DNA from: Podarcis bocagei
Lineage: Eukaryota
Assembly: GCA_964188305.1 (NCBI GenBank)
Contig: OZ076888.1
Direction: 5' to 3' (one strand)
DNA length: 64,000 nt
The notes beneath the pieces are model-generated. The model was not told the DNA's origin. It did no database searches and saw only the letters and a program-made list of their open reading frames with translations. Shown here piece by piece: positions 1 to 12,253 of the stretch. The first letter of the stretch is position 1; each line of letters starts with the position of its first letter. Both the position numbers and the translations under genes were made by a program.

Positions 1-1181
1 GAGGATGAACTCTTTCAAATCCCTTTAAATACTGTGCTATAAGAATCAAAAAGATGTTAGGATAGTCAGTGCCTTGTTGGTTGAGTAGGAAAAAAATAGA
101 CAAAATTCCAGAAAGAATCATTCCCAGATGTTTGTCATGACTCTGAATACTCTAAATATGGCCAGTTAACTGCCTTGAGCTTATTTTTATCTGTCCTTAG
201 AAGAGACCTATAATTCATGGCTGTGGATATTACAGGTTCTTCTTAAAAAACAATTTTCAATTTCCATTCTCCCTGTTATTTGGACTGCTATATTGTTAAG
301 CCTGTTATTTTGTTAATGGCTTGACTTTCTTTTGAAACCGTTTTTGAGAACAACTGTTTTACCTCCCATGAACTACAAGCCAGTAGCAAGAATTGGGCTT
401 CAGCTAGCACTTGGTTTAGTTGTGTTAAATTGTGTTTCCTTGACAAAAGAACTCATTTGTTCCTGGTAATGGCATTTCCTTATAACTGATTTTTCAGTGG
501 AACATATTTGAGTCGTTTGGGGGGTAACTAAAATTGTTATCTAGCACAGAGACATAGTGCCCTAATTGGCAACCACATTGGCCAGTAGCTTGTCTGCTCT
601 TTGGCCTGCTTCTCATGTCATGTTAAGCCAGTATTAAATCCTGGTTTATTTAAACAATGGTTTATTGAACAAACTAGGCTCAAGTTAAATGATGATCTGC
701 AGTCAGTCAAACTAACTGTAATTTGTTTCAGCATATTCTGTCCTCCTATTCCACTTCTTGTCCTCAGCTGTCTCAACCTGACATCCACTAAACCTTTGTG
801 GTGCCCAACTGCTGACATTGCCTCATTTCCCTTTCCATTGGTTGGCTGTGAGAGTGATGGTGTGTCAAACAGTTACCCTTCCCCTTTGTTCCTCCAAGAA
901 ATATTCATACTTTGTACCTTTAACACTTTTCATTTTTCTCTGCAATTGCACTTTTATTTTTTGTTCCATAACTGGCATGCAGTACCATGAAGTCATGCTT
1001 TGAGTTTAGTAAGCATTACTTGCTTTGGCACTATTGCATCTCATTCTCTACCCATTTCTTCTGTTGCTGGAGGGTTTTTTCTTTTTTTCTGGAAAGACTG
1101 CTTTTACTAATTCACATTTAAGTACTTTCATTTTTTAGTTGTAATAAATGTCCAGACCTCATAAGAACATAGTTGAGATTA

Positions 1182-1403
1182 TGAAGGATCAACATAGGAA
1201 ATGTTTATTGGGACTATTTGACAAATTAAGGAATGCAGTACAATATTAGATCATCACTCCCTGAACTTCAGAGCATGGGAAGTCACCCAACGATATATAA
1301 TTTGGCATGATTGTTCAGCTTTTTTGATTGTATGATAATTTGGAATGTTTTAATGTGGTTTTTATTGGATTGTTAAAATGGAAAATTTAATCATTTTTAA
1401 AAA
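1182..1403 (+). mobile_element. 5'-truncated non-LTR retroelement 3' end (L1-like)
   Basis: A-rich end; flanked by 19-bp duplication AAGAACATAGTTGAGATTA (1163-1181; right copy interrupted by a MITE). Confidence 0.55.
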
Positions 1404-1419
1404 AGAACATAGATGAGAT

Positions 1420-1556
1420 CAGTGCCTTTTTTCTGGAGGGGATGCATACCCCTAAACATTTTGTGAATCTAAGTTTGGCTTCATTGAGGGACAGTATTTC
1501 AATATTAGTAGGAAAGTGAGAGTACCCCTAAACATTTTTTTAAGAAAAAAGCACTG
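1420..1556. mobile_element. hAT-type MITE, copy 1
   Basis: TIR CAGTGC(C/T)TTTTT..AAAAAAGCACTG; 8-bp TSD GATGAGAT/GTTGAGAT; same family as 6904-7048. Confidence 0.85.
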
Positions 1557-1772
1557 GTTGAGATTAGCAGTTTCTGTACTCAGTTGACATTGACACTATC
1601 TCAGAAAAGATGCTGCTACCACTGCCCCTTAAGAGCCTGCTGGCAGTAGAGACCTTGGTGGTGTTTTGTGGACCACATTGTGCCAGCCTTTGTCACTTGC
1701 TAGTCTGTAACACAGTAGTTCCTTGTTCTAATTATTTGCATTTACCCAGAATTTACACATAGTCCTTGGAAG

Positions 1773-2398
1773 TGTCATGGAGATGGTCAGATTATGAGGA
1801 AACAGGGGAGGAATTCAGGGAGTTCAAGCTGGATAACCCTGGGGAGGGTCCTGGGAGGATAGGGGAGGTGAACCCCAAAAAGTGTCTGAGCCCAGGCAGA
1901 GGCCGGTAATCAAGGGACTGGAGAGCTGCATCCAGGGGAGAAACTAAGTGGTCTGGCAGAGGAGCTTTACGCTCCTGTGACACCAGGACCTCTAGTCAGA
2001 TCCCTCTTGCTGTGGAGTCAGCCCTGGCACTGTCTCCTTCAAGGGAGGAGGCAACTGATGCTGAGCCAGCACCCAACCCTACCTCCATCCCCACTGTTGA
2101 GGTACTGTTGTTGCCAAACTTTGTAAGCCCAACCTATTGAAGAAGTACCTGTTTGCTTGCCCCATCCCAGGACTAGGCTGGTCATCATGCTAAGTACTAT
2201 ACCCTCACTGTCCTTCAACAGGAAGATGCAGGGTATGTGTCTTGGTTTACACTTAGCCGTGTTTCTATACCTTTTATGCATCTGTTGTACCTTCTAACCC
2301 GCACCTTGCCTTTTACCATTCTGAATTATTGATTAAATAGCTCATCAGAAACTGAACTAAGAGTTCAAGTTATTCATCAAGCAGTGAAGGTCAGGACA
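1773..2398 (+). mobile_element. Probable solo LTR
   Basis: TGTCA..GGACA termini, about 626 bp, GC-richer than flanks; TSD not clean. Confidence 0.4.
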
Positions 2399-4890
2399 AG
2401 AATCTTCTTTGTTTTTCTGAAAATAAGAATACATTGCTATACAATGTAAAATTGCACAAGAAAATGTTTGTTAAACTTTTTTACCTTGTTTTGCTTCTCA
2501 AAATGTTAAGCCTAGCATGTACTGCTTTTCCTCACCAGCTATTTCTGTCCCTGCACTTTTGCAACTCCTGTCTCCATTCCATGTCATCACTGCTCTAAGA
2601 TAATTCTTACATTGCATAAGTCAAGGACTTGCCATCCCATTTCCTTTAGCAGTCCTAGTGAGAACACCTTGGGGAAAGTCTATGCACATAGGTTTAGCAT
2701 GAAAATATGCAAAATAGTTTCACACACACTCCACCTTCTTGGAGTTCTGAACTTCCCAATTTGTTATGTACAGGTGTAATTTTTATAGTTGTTTCATTGT
2801 CTGTCTGGTAGTGAATTATAGCGCTTCTAAAATAGTAATTCCACATTACTGAAAGTTATGAAGAGCTATATGAGTTTGTCATAGCACTAAAATAAATTCA
2901 CAACATCTGTGCTATATTAAGGAATATTATATAAATAATCCTCAAAAGTTGCAGGATTATATTTGTCCTTGCTTTCTATTATTTTTATCCTGCTGTTTAG
3001 CCTAATAGCATCACTGTGACTTATAACCGAATAAAACAACATCAAAATGTCACAGCATCATAAAAATGGGATCAATGATGTTGGGACCTACCAGTTTGGT
3101 CTGTGAACAGCAGATATGAGCAGGGCTACAATTTGAAGCTGATAATTTCACTTTAATGAGTTTACTGTGAGAAGGGAATAGAAGAATAAGCAATTACTCT
3201 TTAAAATGAAATGTTTAACTTAATAGCTGCTGTTGGAACTGCTGAGCGGAAACATCATCTTATATCCATCTGTCATGTAGCTGACTTGTTTGATGACTTG
3301 AATTCCTGAGTAAACTGGTGTATCCAGGTAGTTCATATGTATTTGTATGTATGTATTTTTTTCTCATGAGATTTTAATGGGTCTGTAGCATGTTCTTGGA
3401 TTACATGTAAATGTGTGAGTGACACTGTCTTCAGATTTTGAAGTTTATCAGAAAAGCTTGAAGAAACTGGGGCAGTAAAGCACTTAGCATTATGTCTTGT
3501 GTGCTGGTCCCGTTTTAAAGATTTTCTGAGAGTTTCTAGCATAGCTTGCAAGGCCAAGATGGATTGTTTAAATAAGGCTGCTGATGTATTCCAATCTTCC
3601 TGTGGACATGTTTACCTGCTATTAACATGGTATCAATCTACAGTGTTTTGTGGGCAGTGGCCTCTTCAGTCTTCTGTGTGAAAAGCCAGGATAGCCAGAT
3701 CAAGGGTTTATATCATTGTATCTACTGTAGTGTGTTGTAATTTTGATGGCAGAAGCTGAAATCCAGAGAAGTACTTTGGGTTTTCCGAGGGGTCTCTGCA
3801 TGTCCAGTGGAATTCCTGACTCCCCCCCCCCCCTTTGTACAACTGAACCTAAGTCATATCATTACTCTCTAATAGTGACCCTAAAGTGACCTCTAATAGT
3901 GTTTGTAGAGCTAACACAACCTGGAAATATTTATTTCTTCAAATGCCAGTGGAAATGATTTTTGTGATTGTATGAATAAGGCTTATTCTGTATCACAAAC
4001 TGCTTATCAGACTCCCTTCAGTTTCAGAGGAGATTTTGTAGGGGGGATGCTGTTGAGGAAACATGTCTCTTGGTCATGCAAAACTAGTCATAATAGTTTT
4101 CTGGGCTTAGGTGACTGGAAACAGTGTTCCTCGTACCTGTCACAATTGTTCTTCAGTCATATTGATGTCCTCAGTTTGTCAGGAAGAATACTAAAATAAT
4201 TATTAAAATATTTAAAAGAGCAAATGAAGATTGTTTTTGACTGAACTCTGTGCAGAATGTCCAGCTTGTGTATAGTCATGCTTCTTAACAGTTTTATTAT
4301 ACTTCTGACTTAATCTTGCTTGTTATGTTTCATTGAAGACATTTACTTTCTAAAAATAAAGAACAACCATTAATTCAATTACATTTTGCTTCAGTTTTTT
4401 AATGACTGAAAGGGGATTGTATCTGACTAAAATCATATGAGTAGAGCTGCTTTAATCATCTTAATATGAGAGTCAGATACAAATCAGAGCTTTTAGAGGG
4501 TCACAGAACTTCCTAATTATCGGTGCATCATGAAATGCATTTACCTACTACATTTATATTGTTTCATTATTGTGTTATATATTTTTGTATTTTTATACTG
4601 TGATCCTCAGATGAAGGTTGGTATATAAATTCAATAAATAAATAATATCACTTTTCTGCAAGTGTACTCAAAATAATATGTAATTCAAAATAGTGGCATA
4701 CAATCTTATGGATATGAAAGAAAAAGAAAAAGAAATGAGAGAAAGAGGAAAAATGTTCATGTACCAATCTTGCATAGTGCTACATAATTGTTTTAATGGC
4801 CAGGTGTTATGGCTAGTGAGTGAGATTGAGAACATTCATTACCTTCCTGCCCAGATCAGTAAATACAATGATTTTGTCTGACTGTAAAAT

Positions 4891-5345
4891 AAGAACATAA
4901 TAAGAGCCTGCTGGATCAGGTCAGTGGCCCATTTTGTCCAGCATCCTGTCCTCTCGCTGGCTGATCAGATGCCTGTTAGAAAACCTCAAGCAGGACCCGA
5001 GAACAAGAGCACTCTCCCTTCCTGTGGTTTCCAGCAACTAGTATTCAGAATCATGACTGTGTCTGACTGTGGAAGTAGAGCATAGCCATCATAGCTAGGA
5101 GCCACTGAATTCCATGGTTTAACTATGTGGTATGTAAAGAAGTACTTTGTCCTGAATCCTCCAGCATTCAGCTTCATTGGATGTCAGTGAGTTCTAGTGT
5201 TACAAGAGAGGGAGAAATGTTGTTTTCCATCCACTTTCTCCATGTATGCACTTCTATCACGTCATCTCTTACTTGCATTTTCTCTAAATTAAAAAGCCCC
5301 AATGATTCAACTTTTCCTCTTAGGGTGTTGCTTCATCTCCTTTAT
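4891..5345 (-). mobile_element. CR1 LINE 3' end
   Basis: - strand KLNAGGFRTKYFFTYHIVKPWNS resembles CR1 ORF2 C-terminus; typical 3' UTR and tail. Confidence 0.75.
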
Positions 5346-5745
5346 ACAGTAATCTCTCCATCCCATGTAATCTGGGGAATAGCTGCTGATGGAGACTGTT
5401 CTGGGAGAGTTTTGACTGTGTGTATGTGTGTGTTTTCTAGCATTCAGAATTTATTTGGCATCAAAATCCCAACCCTATAATGAAATTGATTGTTGGAAGA
5501 GTCATGAAATGTCAAGGCTAACTTCTCTCTAACACTACTGTAAGATCTTAGGAAGGCACTGTACAATCCAGCTTTTGTTTAAAATTACTTAATAGAAACT
5601 CCTGCTATGTTCTAGTGTGGTTGAAATTGGTAGAAACCTTCTACTTCCATTTTAGTAAAATTTGCTTATAATGATAGTGTATAAATGAAAATGTATTTTG
5701 AAATATACCACCTATATACTAGACGGAAATGGCATAATTAATATA

Positions 5746-6197
5746 AAGGTAAAGGGACCCCTGACCATTAGGTCCAGTCGTGACTGACTCTGGGGTTGCG
5801 GCCCTCATCTCACTTTACTGGCCGAGGGAGCCGGCGTACAACTTCCGGGTCATGTGGCCAGCATGACTAAGCTGCTTCTGGTGAACCAGAGCTGCGCACG
5901 GAAACGCCGTTTACCTTCCCGCCGGAGCGGTACCTATTTATCTACTTGCACATTTGAGGTGCTTTCGAACTGCTAGGTTGGCAGGAGCTGGGACAGAGCA
6001 ACGGTTCGTAGAGGGCCATTAACAGTACAAGGGAACTCCTCCCCCGCTGCCTCAGGTGGGAGGTTGCCCGGGTAACTGCTCTGGGGGAGGGCAAGAGATT
6101 TCTGGGAGCTCACCCCATCGCGGGGATTCAAACCGCTGACCTTCTGATCAGCAAGTCCTAGGCTTTGTGGTTTAACCCACAACGGCACCCGCGTCCC
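5746..6197 (-). mobile_element. Sauria SINE with an internal 99-bp insertion
   Basis: GGGACGCGGGTG tRNA-like head, (ACCTTT)n tail, 12-bp TSD ATAATTAATATA at 5734-5745 and 6202-6213. Confidence 0.92.
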
Positions 6198-6903
6198 TTT
6201 TATAATTAATATACAGTTACTTAAAAAGGCAAGTGATGGAAGATAACCCGTTCAAGATGTTCAAAGTTTGGATTGAATGTAATCAGCTAGTTCATACTGA
6301 ATTCTTATTCGCAAGCCCTACATTGCATTCCTCTAGTATTAGAGCGATAACAGATAACAGTTGTTGATATATTTGGGTCAGTGCTTAAGAATGCAAACCG
6401 TGCTTGGAATGCATTTGGGAAAGTCTTAAAGATCTTCATATGTTTAGTACTAGATACCGGTTAATGTACACGAGCATGTTGTCATTACACATGAGTCCGT
6501 TATTCTGTATGATTTAACAGTTAAGCCCTTGCCATTACTTCAGAAGGCACTCCATTATGGATATATTGCTTTCCTGTTGCCTGAATTCCATCCACTCCTT
6601 ATTCTGACTAATGAGTGAATTGCTGTGTGAAATTGACTAGAGTAGAATGTTAAAAATAATGTAGCTTCTGAAAACTCTTCCGATTGAATTTAAAAGACAG
6701 GAGGCTGTGTGTGGGAAGCTGAAAAGAGACCCCAGAATTAAGAGAGTTAGGAGAAAGGTGCCTGCTAGCTGTGAAAAAAGTCAAGATCTGATTTAAGAAT
6801 GAATTGAGTCAGGAATAGTTTTCAATAAATAAAGGCAACGACATCATGGAGGAGAAGCCAAGGAGAAACAAGCTATTGCGAGAATTAAGATAGGGCCTAC
6901 ATA

Positions 6904-7048
6904 CAGTGCTTTTTTTCTGGGGGGACACAGGAGTACACATACCCATAAACATTTTGTGAATCTAAGTTTGGCCTCATTGAGGGGCAATATTTCAATATGA
7001 GTAGGAAAATGAGAGTACCCCTAAACATTTTTTAGAATAAAAGCACTT
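6904..7048. mobile_element. hAT-type MITE, copy 2
   Basis: TIR CAGTGCTTTT; perfect 8-bp TSD CCTACATA. Confidence 0.88.
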
Positions 7049-8075
7049 CCTACATATAAGGGCATATAGGGTCTACAGACAGGAAGAAATTCAGCTGTTA
7101 GCAGCTTTGGAGCCTGTATGTTTGTGTTCTAGGCCCAAGGAAGTAACACAGCCAGAGAGGCTGCGTTTGAATTCATAAAGATTTGAATTAATTAATTTTC
7201 ACCAGTCTATATCTTAAAGATAAAGCATATCTTTAACAACTGTAGGTTGATTATTTGTTATCTGAAAGATGGAAACTGCTCTCATGAGGGTGTACCATGA
7301 GAGTGTATAGTAAAAATGAAATGCACAGGTGGATAAAGAAAAAAAAAACCTGCCCTAACAAACCTTCTATTCTAATGATTTTGGAGAGCTTGAAATTTAA
7401 AAGCACATCTTGTTTCTTCTTAGTTAGTTGAAAGTAGAATTTATGGAATGTTAAGGGTGGTACTAGCATAATGTTGTAACCATACAATTGTGGCACTGTA
7501 TGAATAAACCTTGGCAACATAGGTTTCGGATATTACTATTGAAATATTTATGACCTAATAAATGTTTTGGAATTTTGCATTGTCAAGACTGCATAGTACA
7601 GAATGTACAGAATTTTGCTTTGTGTAGCTTGAATGCAAGTAGATGTGGCATTAAACCAGGAGTAACAAATCCATGGCCATGTATATGGTCCCCAAACTTA
7701 TTTGACGCTTCTCAAGACCCCCCAAATTCATTTGTTTAATTTTATATTTCTTTATTGACTGCTCCTGTGGGTCCCCCCCACTGTAATGTCATGGTGTTAA
7801 TTGTGGTTTTTTGGGTGCTTTTGCCCTAAAGTCATTGTCAGCAGAAGCAAGGCTGCATGCCTATCACTATTTTATTCAGCAGTGCTTCTGCAGGGTTCAA
7901 AAACCTTCATTTGAAGTTCTTCATGTTTGTTTTTAATTTGGCTGCTTCCGATTATAGTTGGAAAATAGTACATCTCTTTGGAGCAGTGTACAACAGCTGA
8001 GACATCTCTCGCGAAGCTAAAGCAGCAGAATTCAAAACACAGTACAGTAGTTATAAATAACTTCAGCAACTTAAA

Positions 8076-8077
<2 letters not shown>

Positions 8078-8109
<32 letters not shown>
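8078..8109. repeat. (CA)n microsatellite
   Basis: direct reading. Confidence 0.95.
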
Positions 8110-8111
<2 letters not shown>

Positions 8112-8694
8112 TACATATATTTCATAAGCATGTTGTCATGCTATAGTTTGGCCTCGGACAGGTGGTACTGCAAGCTACAGTGATGAGCTCTTGGGCCATT
8201 GAGTGAGAGGTCGAGGAAAGGAGAAGGGATCCAGAGGATATATATGCAGGTCCAGGTGATACAGGTCCCGCTGATGTGAGGAGGGAAGTAGTGGATTGAG
8301 ATGCAGGCAGGTGATTAGGGTAGTGGCCCAGGTGAAGCAAGGAGGGGAGGGATCCAGATGATGCGGTAGTTAGCTGGTTCAGACAAGCCATGGAGGTATG
8401 GAGAGGTCTGAGCTAGTGGAAAGCGGGGGGGGGGGGAGGGCTGGCAGGGTTGTTGAGTAAAGATCCTAGGGTGTTTGTATGAATACTCAGATCCTTGTGT
8501 GTGTGTGTGTACACATGCACAACACACATACACTGTCACACATGTATTCATATACCTATATATATCTAGGTAGAGATAAGCATTTGGCATTTTTAGTAAC
8601 AGCACATATACCACAGTTCTATAGAACATATTGTGTCAGTCACTTCTCTCCTATCTTAGGCTTATGAAATCTATTTAAAATATATATTCTGCAG

Positions 8695-9061
8695 CAGGGG
8701 TGGAGAAACTTTGTTGGTTGGTGAGCCAGGTATCTTTGGCTGATGGGTGGGGCCACCCATCTGTAAATTGTCTGATGTCATGATGATATCCAGTGACTGA
8801 TAGGTGGGTGGGCATGGATGGGGGTGGGACAAAATAGCACCCAGTAGGATTGAATCCTCTGCTCACCAACTGATGAGCAAATGATTCAAAACTGCTGGTT
8901 GCAAGGGGTATGCTTTGTCCCCAGCAGGATTGAATTGCACTCCCAGTCCATCAGCTGACATCACTCGTTAATGCCAGCTGATTGACAGGTGGGTGTAGGT
9001 TGGGGAAAATGGACTTGTGTGCCAACTTGGACCCCTTGTGGGCCAGAGTTCCCCACCCTTG
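8695..9061. mobile_element. Degraded hAT (Charlie/MER5-like) MITE
   Basis: CAGGGGTGGAGAAAC..GTTCCCCACCCTTG termini. Confidence 0.55.
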
Positions 9062-10407
9062 TTCTACTGCAAAAAGTGGTCTGTAGAGGCAGCTTCTAAC
9101 AATATCATAACACTTTAAAAATAAAATTGAATGGTTGTTTATATTTGAAGACAATTTTCCCTCTCTAAACACTGAAGATACTTCAAATAGTCCAAAAAGC
9201 TGTCAGTATTCATGTTCACATTTGCACTGTCATCTTTTATATTAGAGAGTTGCACATTTTTTCAGTTGACTATTAAAGGATGTGTCTTGCTCATTATGAA
9301 ACTTGATCAAATCACGAAGCCAAGAGCTAGGAAAAATTACTGAAAATTATGTTGTGCATTAATTGTTGATACATGGCCTGTCTAGGAGTCTGCAGTGATG
9401 AAGGAAAGAAGGGATTAGGACTATGGCATCAAACATACCATGCTGGGGCTGGTGAAGGTTGAAGTTCTTGCCTCCGCTCTTGCCAAAATATACTGTCTTC
9501 TGCCCAGGCACTTACACTCCCCCCCCCCCAGCTATTGGGTACCAGTTGCTCAGTTTTCTCCCCCACCCCTTTACTCTTTTATTGTGACCACAGGCTATAG
9601 CCACATGATCAGAGAAAAGATAGTCACACTGGTGTGGTGATCTTGGGGTGCTGTTCTGGACTAAGGTTTCACAGGAGTCTGACCAGGTGCTGTTCCTGGG
9701 TTTTTAGGTATCTCAGGCATTTTGTTATTGTGGTGTTGAAATGCCAGGCTTTCTTCCAAACATATTGTTCTTGTTAGCAGAATGTTCTCCTCAAAGCTAA
9801 AGATTCATTCCTCACTCACACAACTTACAATCATGTCATTTTCCATTTAGAGTATTAAAGACTGATATACATGAAGCAAAAGATGCAATATTGTAGAAAT
9901 GTAAAAGCAGTTTATAAATACATATTTAATGTTTACTAAGAGTTGGGATAGACATCATGGTGCCCATCAGATGATGTTGCAGTTATGTTGGCTGCAGGAG
10001 TTGCCGGAAGGTGTACAAGGGACTCCACTTTGGTTTGGTTAGGGTTTACTCCTTAGTGGAGGAAATTGCAAGTTTTAGCATCAGATCAGCCACAGGTTGT
10101 AGTGACATCCAGAGCCAGAAAAACTATGGGCAATCGTAAAATTGGTTTTCTGAACCAAACAAACTTCAAACAATAATTTCTGAAGATGCTTCGTTTCGCT
10201 AACTATAGTTAAGATTAACCATGGTTTAACATTTGTACAACATGTTAAACTGGTTAAGTGAAAACTGAAGCAAAATAATCTGATGATTTTGTGGCTATGC
10301 TGGAAGAGTAGACTATGGGGATTATGGAATCCTGAGATTTGACCAGCTCACACAGGTAAACCATAGCTTAGTGTTGTATTCAAGCAAGGTCATTACGTGT
10401 GCTAGAG

Positions 10408-10887
10408 CAGAGACGTCCAACTCCCAATAGACTGCGATCTACTCACAGTATAAAAATCTGGCAGTGAGCTACCCATTGTCGTTTGATGGATCAATGTTGT
10501 TGAGCTTTTTTTTTTTTAGGGAGCAAATTAATGAATGGAACTGAATATATGAATGAATGAAACTGAATGAGCATTGCAATATACATAGAACATAATAAAA
10601 AGTTGATTATATAAAACACACAGCTGAGGGTCCTGAATCTGCAGTCAAATAGTGGACCTTAATCTGGTGGTCCACTTTTTTTGCTAGGAAGCAAAAGTTG
10701 CTGAGCTTTTTTTGGAAAGGCAAAGTTGTTCAGCTTTTCTTAGGAAGCCAGAGTGGTTGAGCTTTTTTTAAATTCTTTTTTATTTATTTATTTTTTTTGG
10801 GGGGGGAGATTCCTGAGGGACCAGAGATCTACCAGGAACACCCCACAATCTACCAGTAGATTGCAATCTACCTGTTGGACATGCCTG
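10408..10887. mobile_element. hAT non-autonomous element
   Basis: Imperfect TIR CAGAGACGTCCAAC/GTTGGACATGCCTG; perfect 8-bp TSD TGCTAGAG. Confidence 0.82.
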
Positions 10888-10974
10888 TGCTAGAGGATCA
10901 TGGAATCAGTTTTAATCAAGTGATGGCTTTAAAATTTCGTATTGGATTTAATGAGTTTCTAATATATAATTGGG

Positions 10975-11340
10975 GTAGGACGCGGGTGGCGCTGTGGGCT
11001 AAAGCCTCAGCGCCTAGGGCTTGCCGATCGAAAGGTCGGCGGTTCGAATCCCCGCGGCGGGGTGCGCTCCCGCTGCTCGGTCCCAGCGCCTGCCAACCTA
11101 GCAGTTCGAAAGCACCCCCGGGTGCAAGTAGATAAATAGGTACCGCTTACCAGCGGGAAGGTAAACGGCGTTTCATGTGCTGCGCTGGCTCGCCAGATGC
11201 AGCTTTGTCACGCTGGCCACGTGACCCGGAAGTGTCTCCGGACAGCGCTGGCCCCCGGCCAATAGATGTGAGATGGGCGCACAAACCCCAGAGTCTGTCA
11301 AGACTGGCCCGTTCGGGCAGGGGTACCTTTACCTTTACCT
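10975..11340 (+). mobile_element. Sauria SINE, young and CpG-intact
   Basis: A box TGGCGCTGTGG, B box GGTTCGAATCC, (ACCTTT)n tail, 15-bp TSD TAATATATAATTGGG at 10960-10974 and 11341-11355. Confidence 0.94.
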
Positions 11341-12148
11341 TAATATATAATTGGGTGATTATCTCAGACTCACCCCTGAAAAAGTATCCATCTTTAAGAG
11401 AGAAAGTTACAAAGATATTCCCATGTTCCTTAGTTTAACTGAGCTGTACACGTTTTTCACTCCAGCTAACAGCCATTGAAATTTTGAAAGGAACCGCTTC
11501 TCTATAGCACTCAGAAACCTCTCCACAAGGGAGCACAGTCTTTGACTGACTTTTAGCTTGTTTCAAAACAAAGCATTGAATTCAAAGAGGCATTGGATTG
11601 AAGATGGCTGATAGAACCAAGGTCTTAAGATATTGACTTAAGAGAGATCTTTCTTCTGTATATAGTCAGAATCTAGTATATATTTACTCCAAGATGATCT
11701 AAAAACTTTAAAACAGCCTGAGGTGAGAAACCTCTTCTTGTTATAGGTTCCCCTGGAACTGGATAATGAGTGAGATCCACACTCATTTATTCTGACTTTG
11801 ACTAATTGGATATTGCCCAGTCTTTTTGATATGTATTCATTTTTGTTCATGTAATGTTTCTCAGCTTGCCTTTAAGACTTTACAGAACAGTGTATCTATT
11901 AATAGGCTGTGTATTTTTATATGGCATGAAAATTTTAACAGTTGTGGCTCATTTTTTTGAATGCAGGCCACATGGAAGTGGCAAAGAAAGAAGAATTCTA
12001 ATGCATTGTGTTGATATATGTGCAGACGTAGCATTAAATTGGCATGAACTATTTTTATCTTTTTGTTTCCAGGTTAAGCTTTGAAACCAACTTTAGCCAT
12101 TACTTTTCAAGTAAACTCAACTTTACATTTTCACTTTATTTTTTCCAG

Positions 12149-12253
12149 TCAAAATGTTATGGCCAGAAACTGCTGACAGAAGTATTTAATCGGTTGAATT
12201 TGGTTGAATCAGACTACTTTGGAATTGAATTCCAGAACATGCAGTCATATTGG
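12149..12253 (+). CDS. FARP2: FARP2 exon 3 (FERM N-lobe)
   Basis: ttccag|..|gtatgt, 105 nt, [35 protein letters not shown]. Confidence 0.95.

Noticed and set aside
8122-8470. Purine-rich block with - strand ORFs
   Set aside because: Probably a degraded repeat; I could not assign a family or protein.
1-12148. FARP2 start exon or promoter
   Set aside because: No MGEIEG-like coding exon or CpG island seen; region treated as intron 2.
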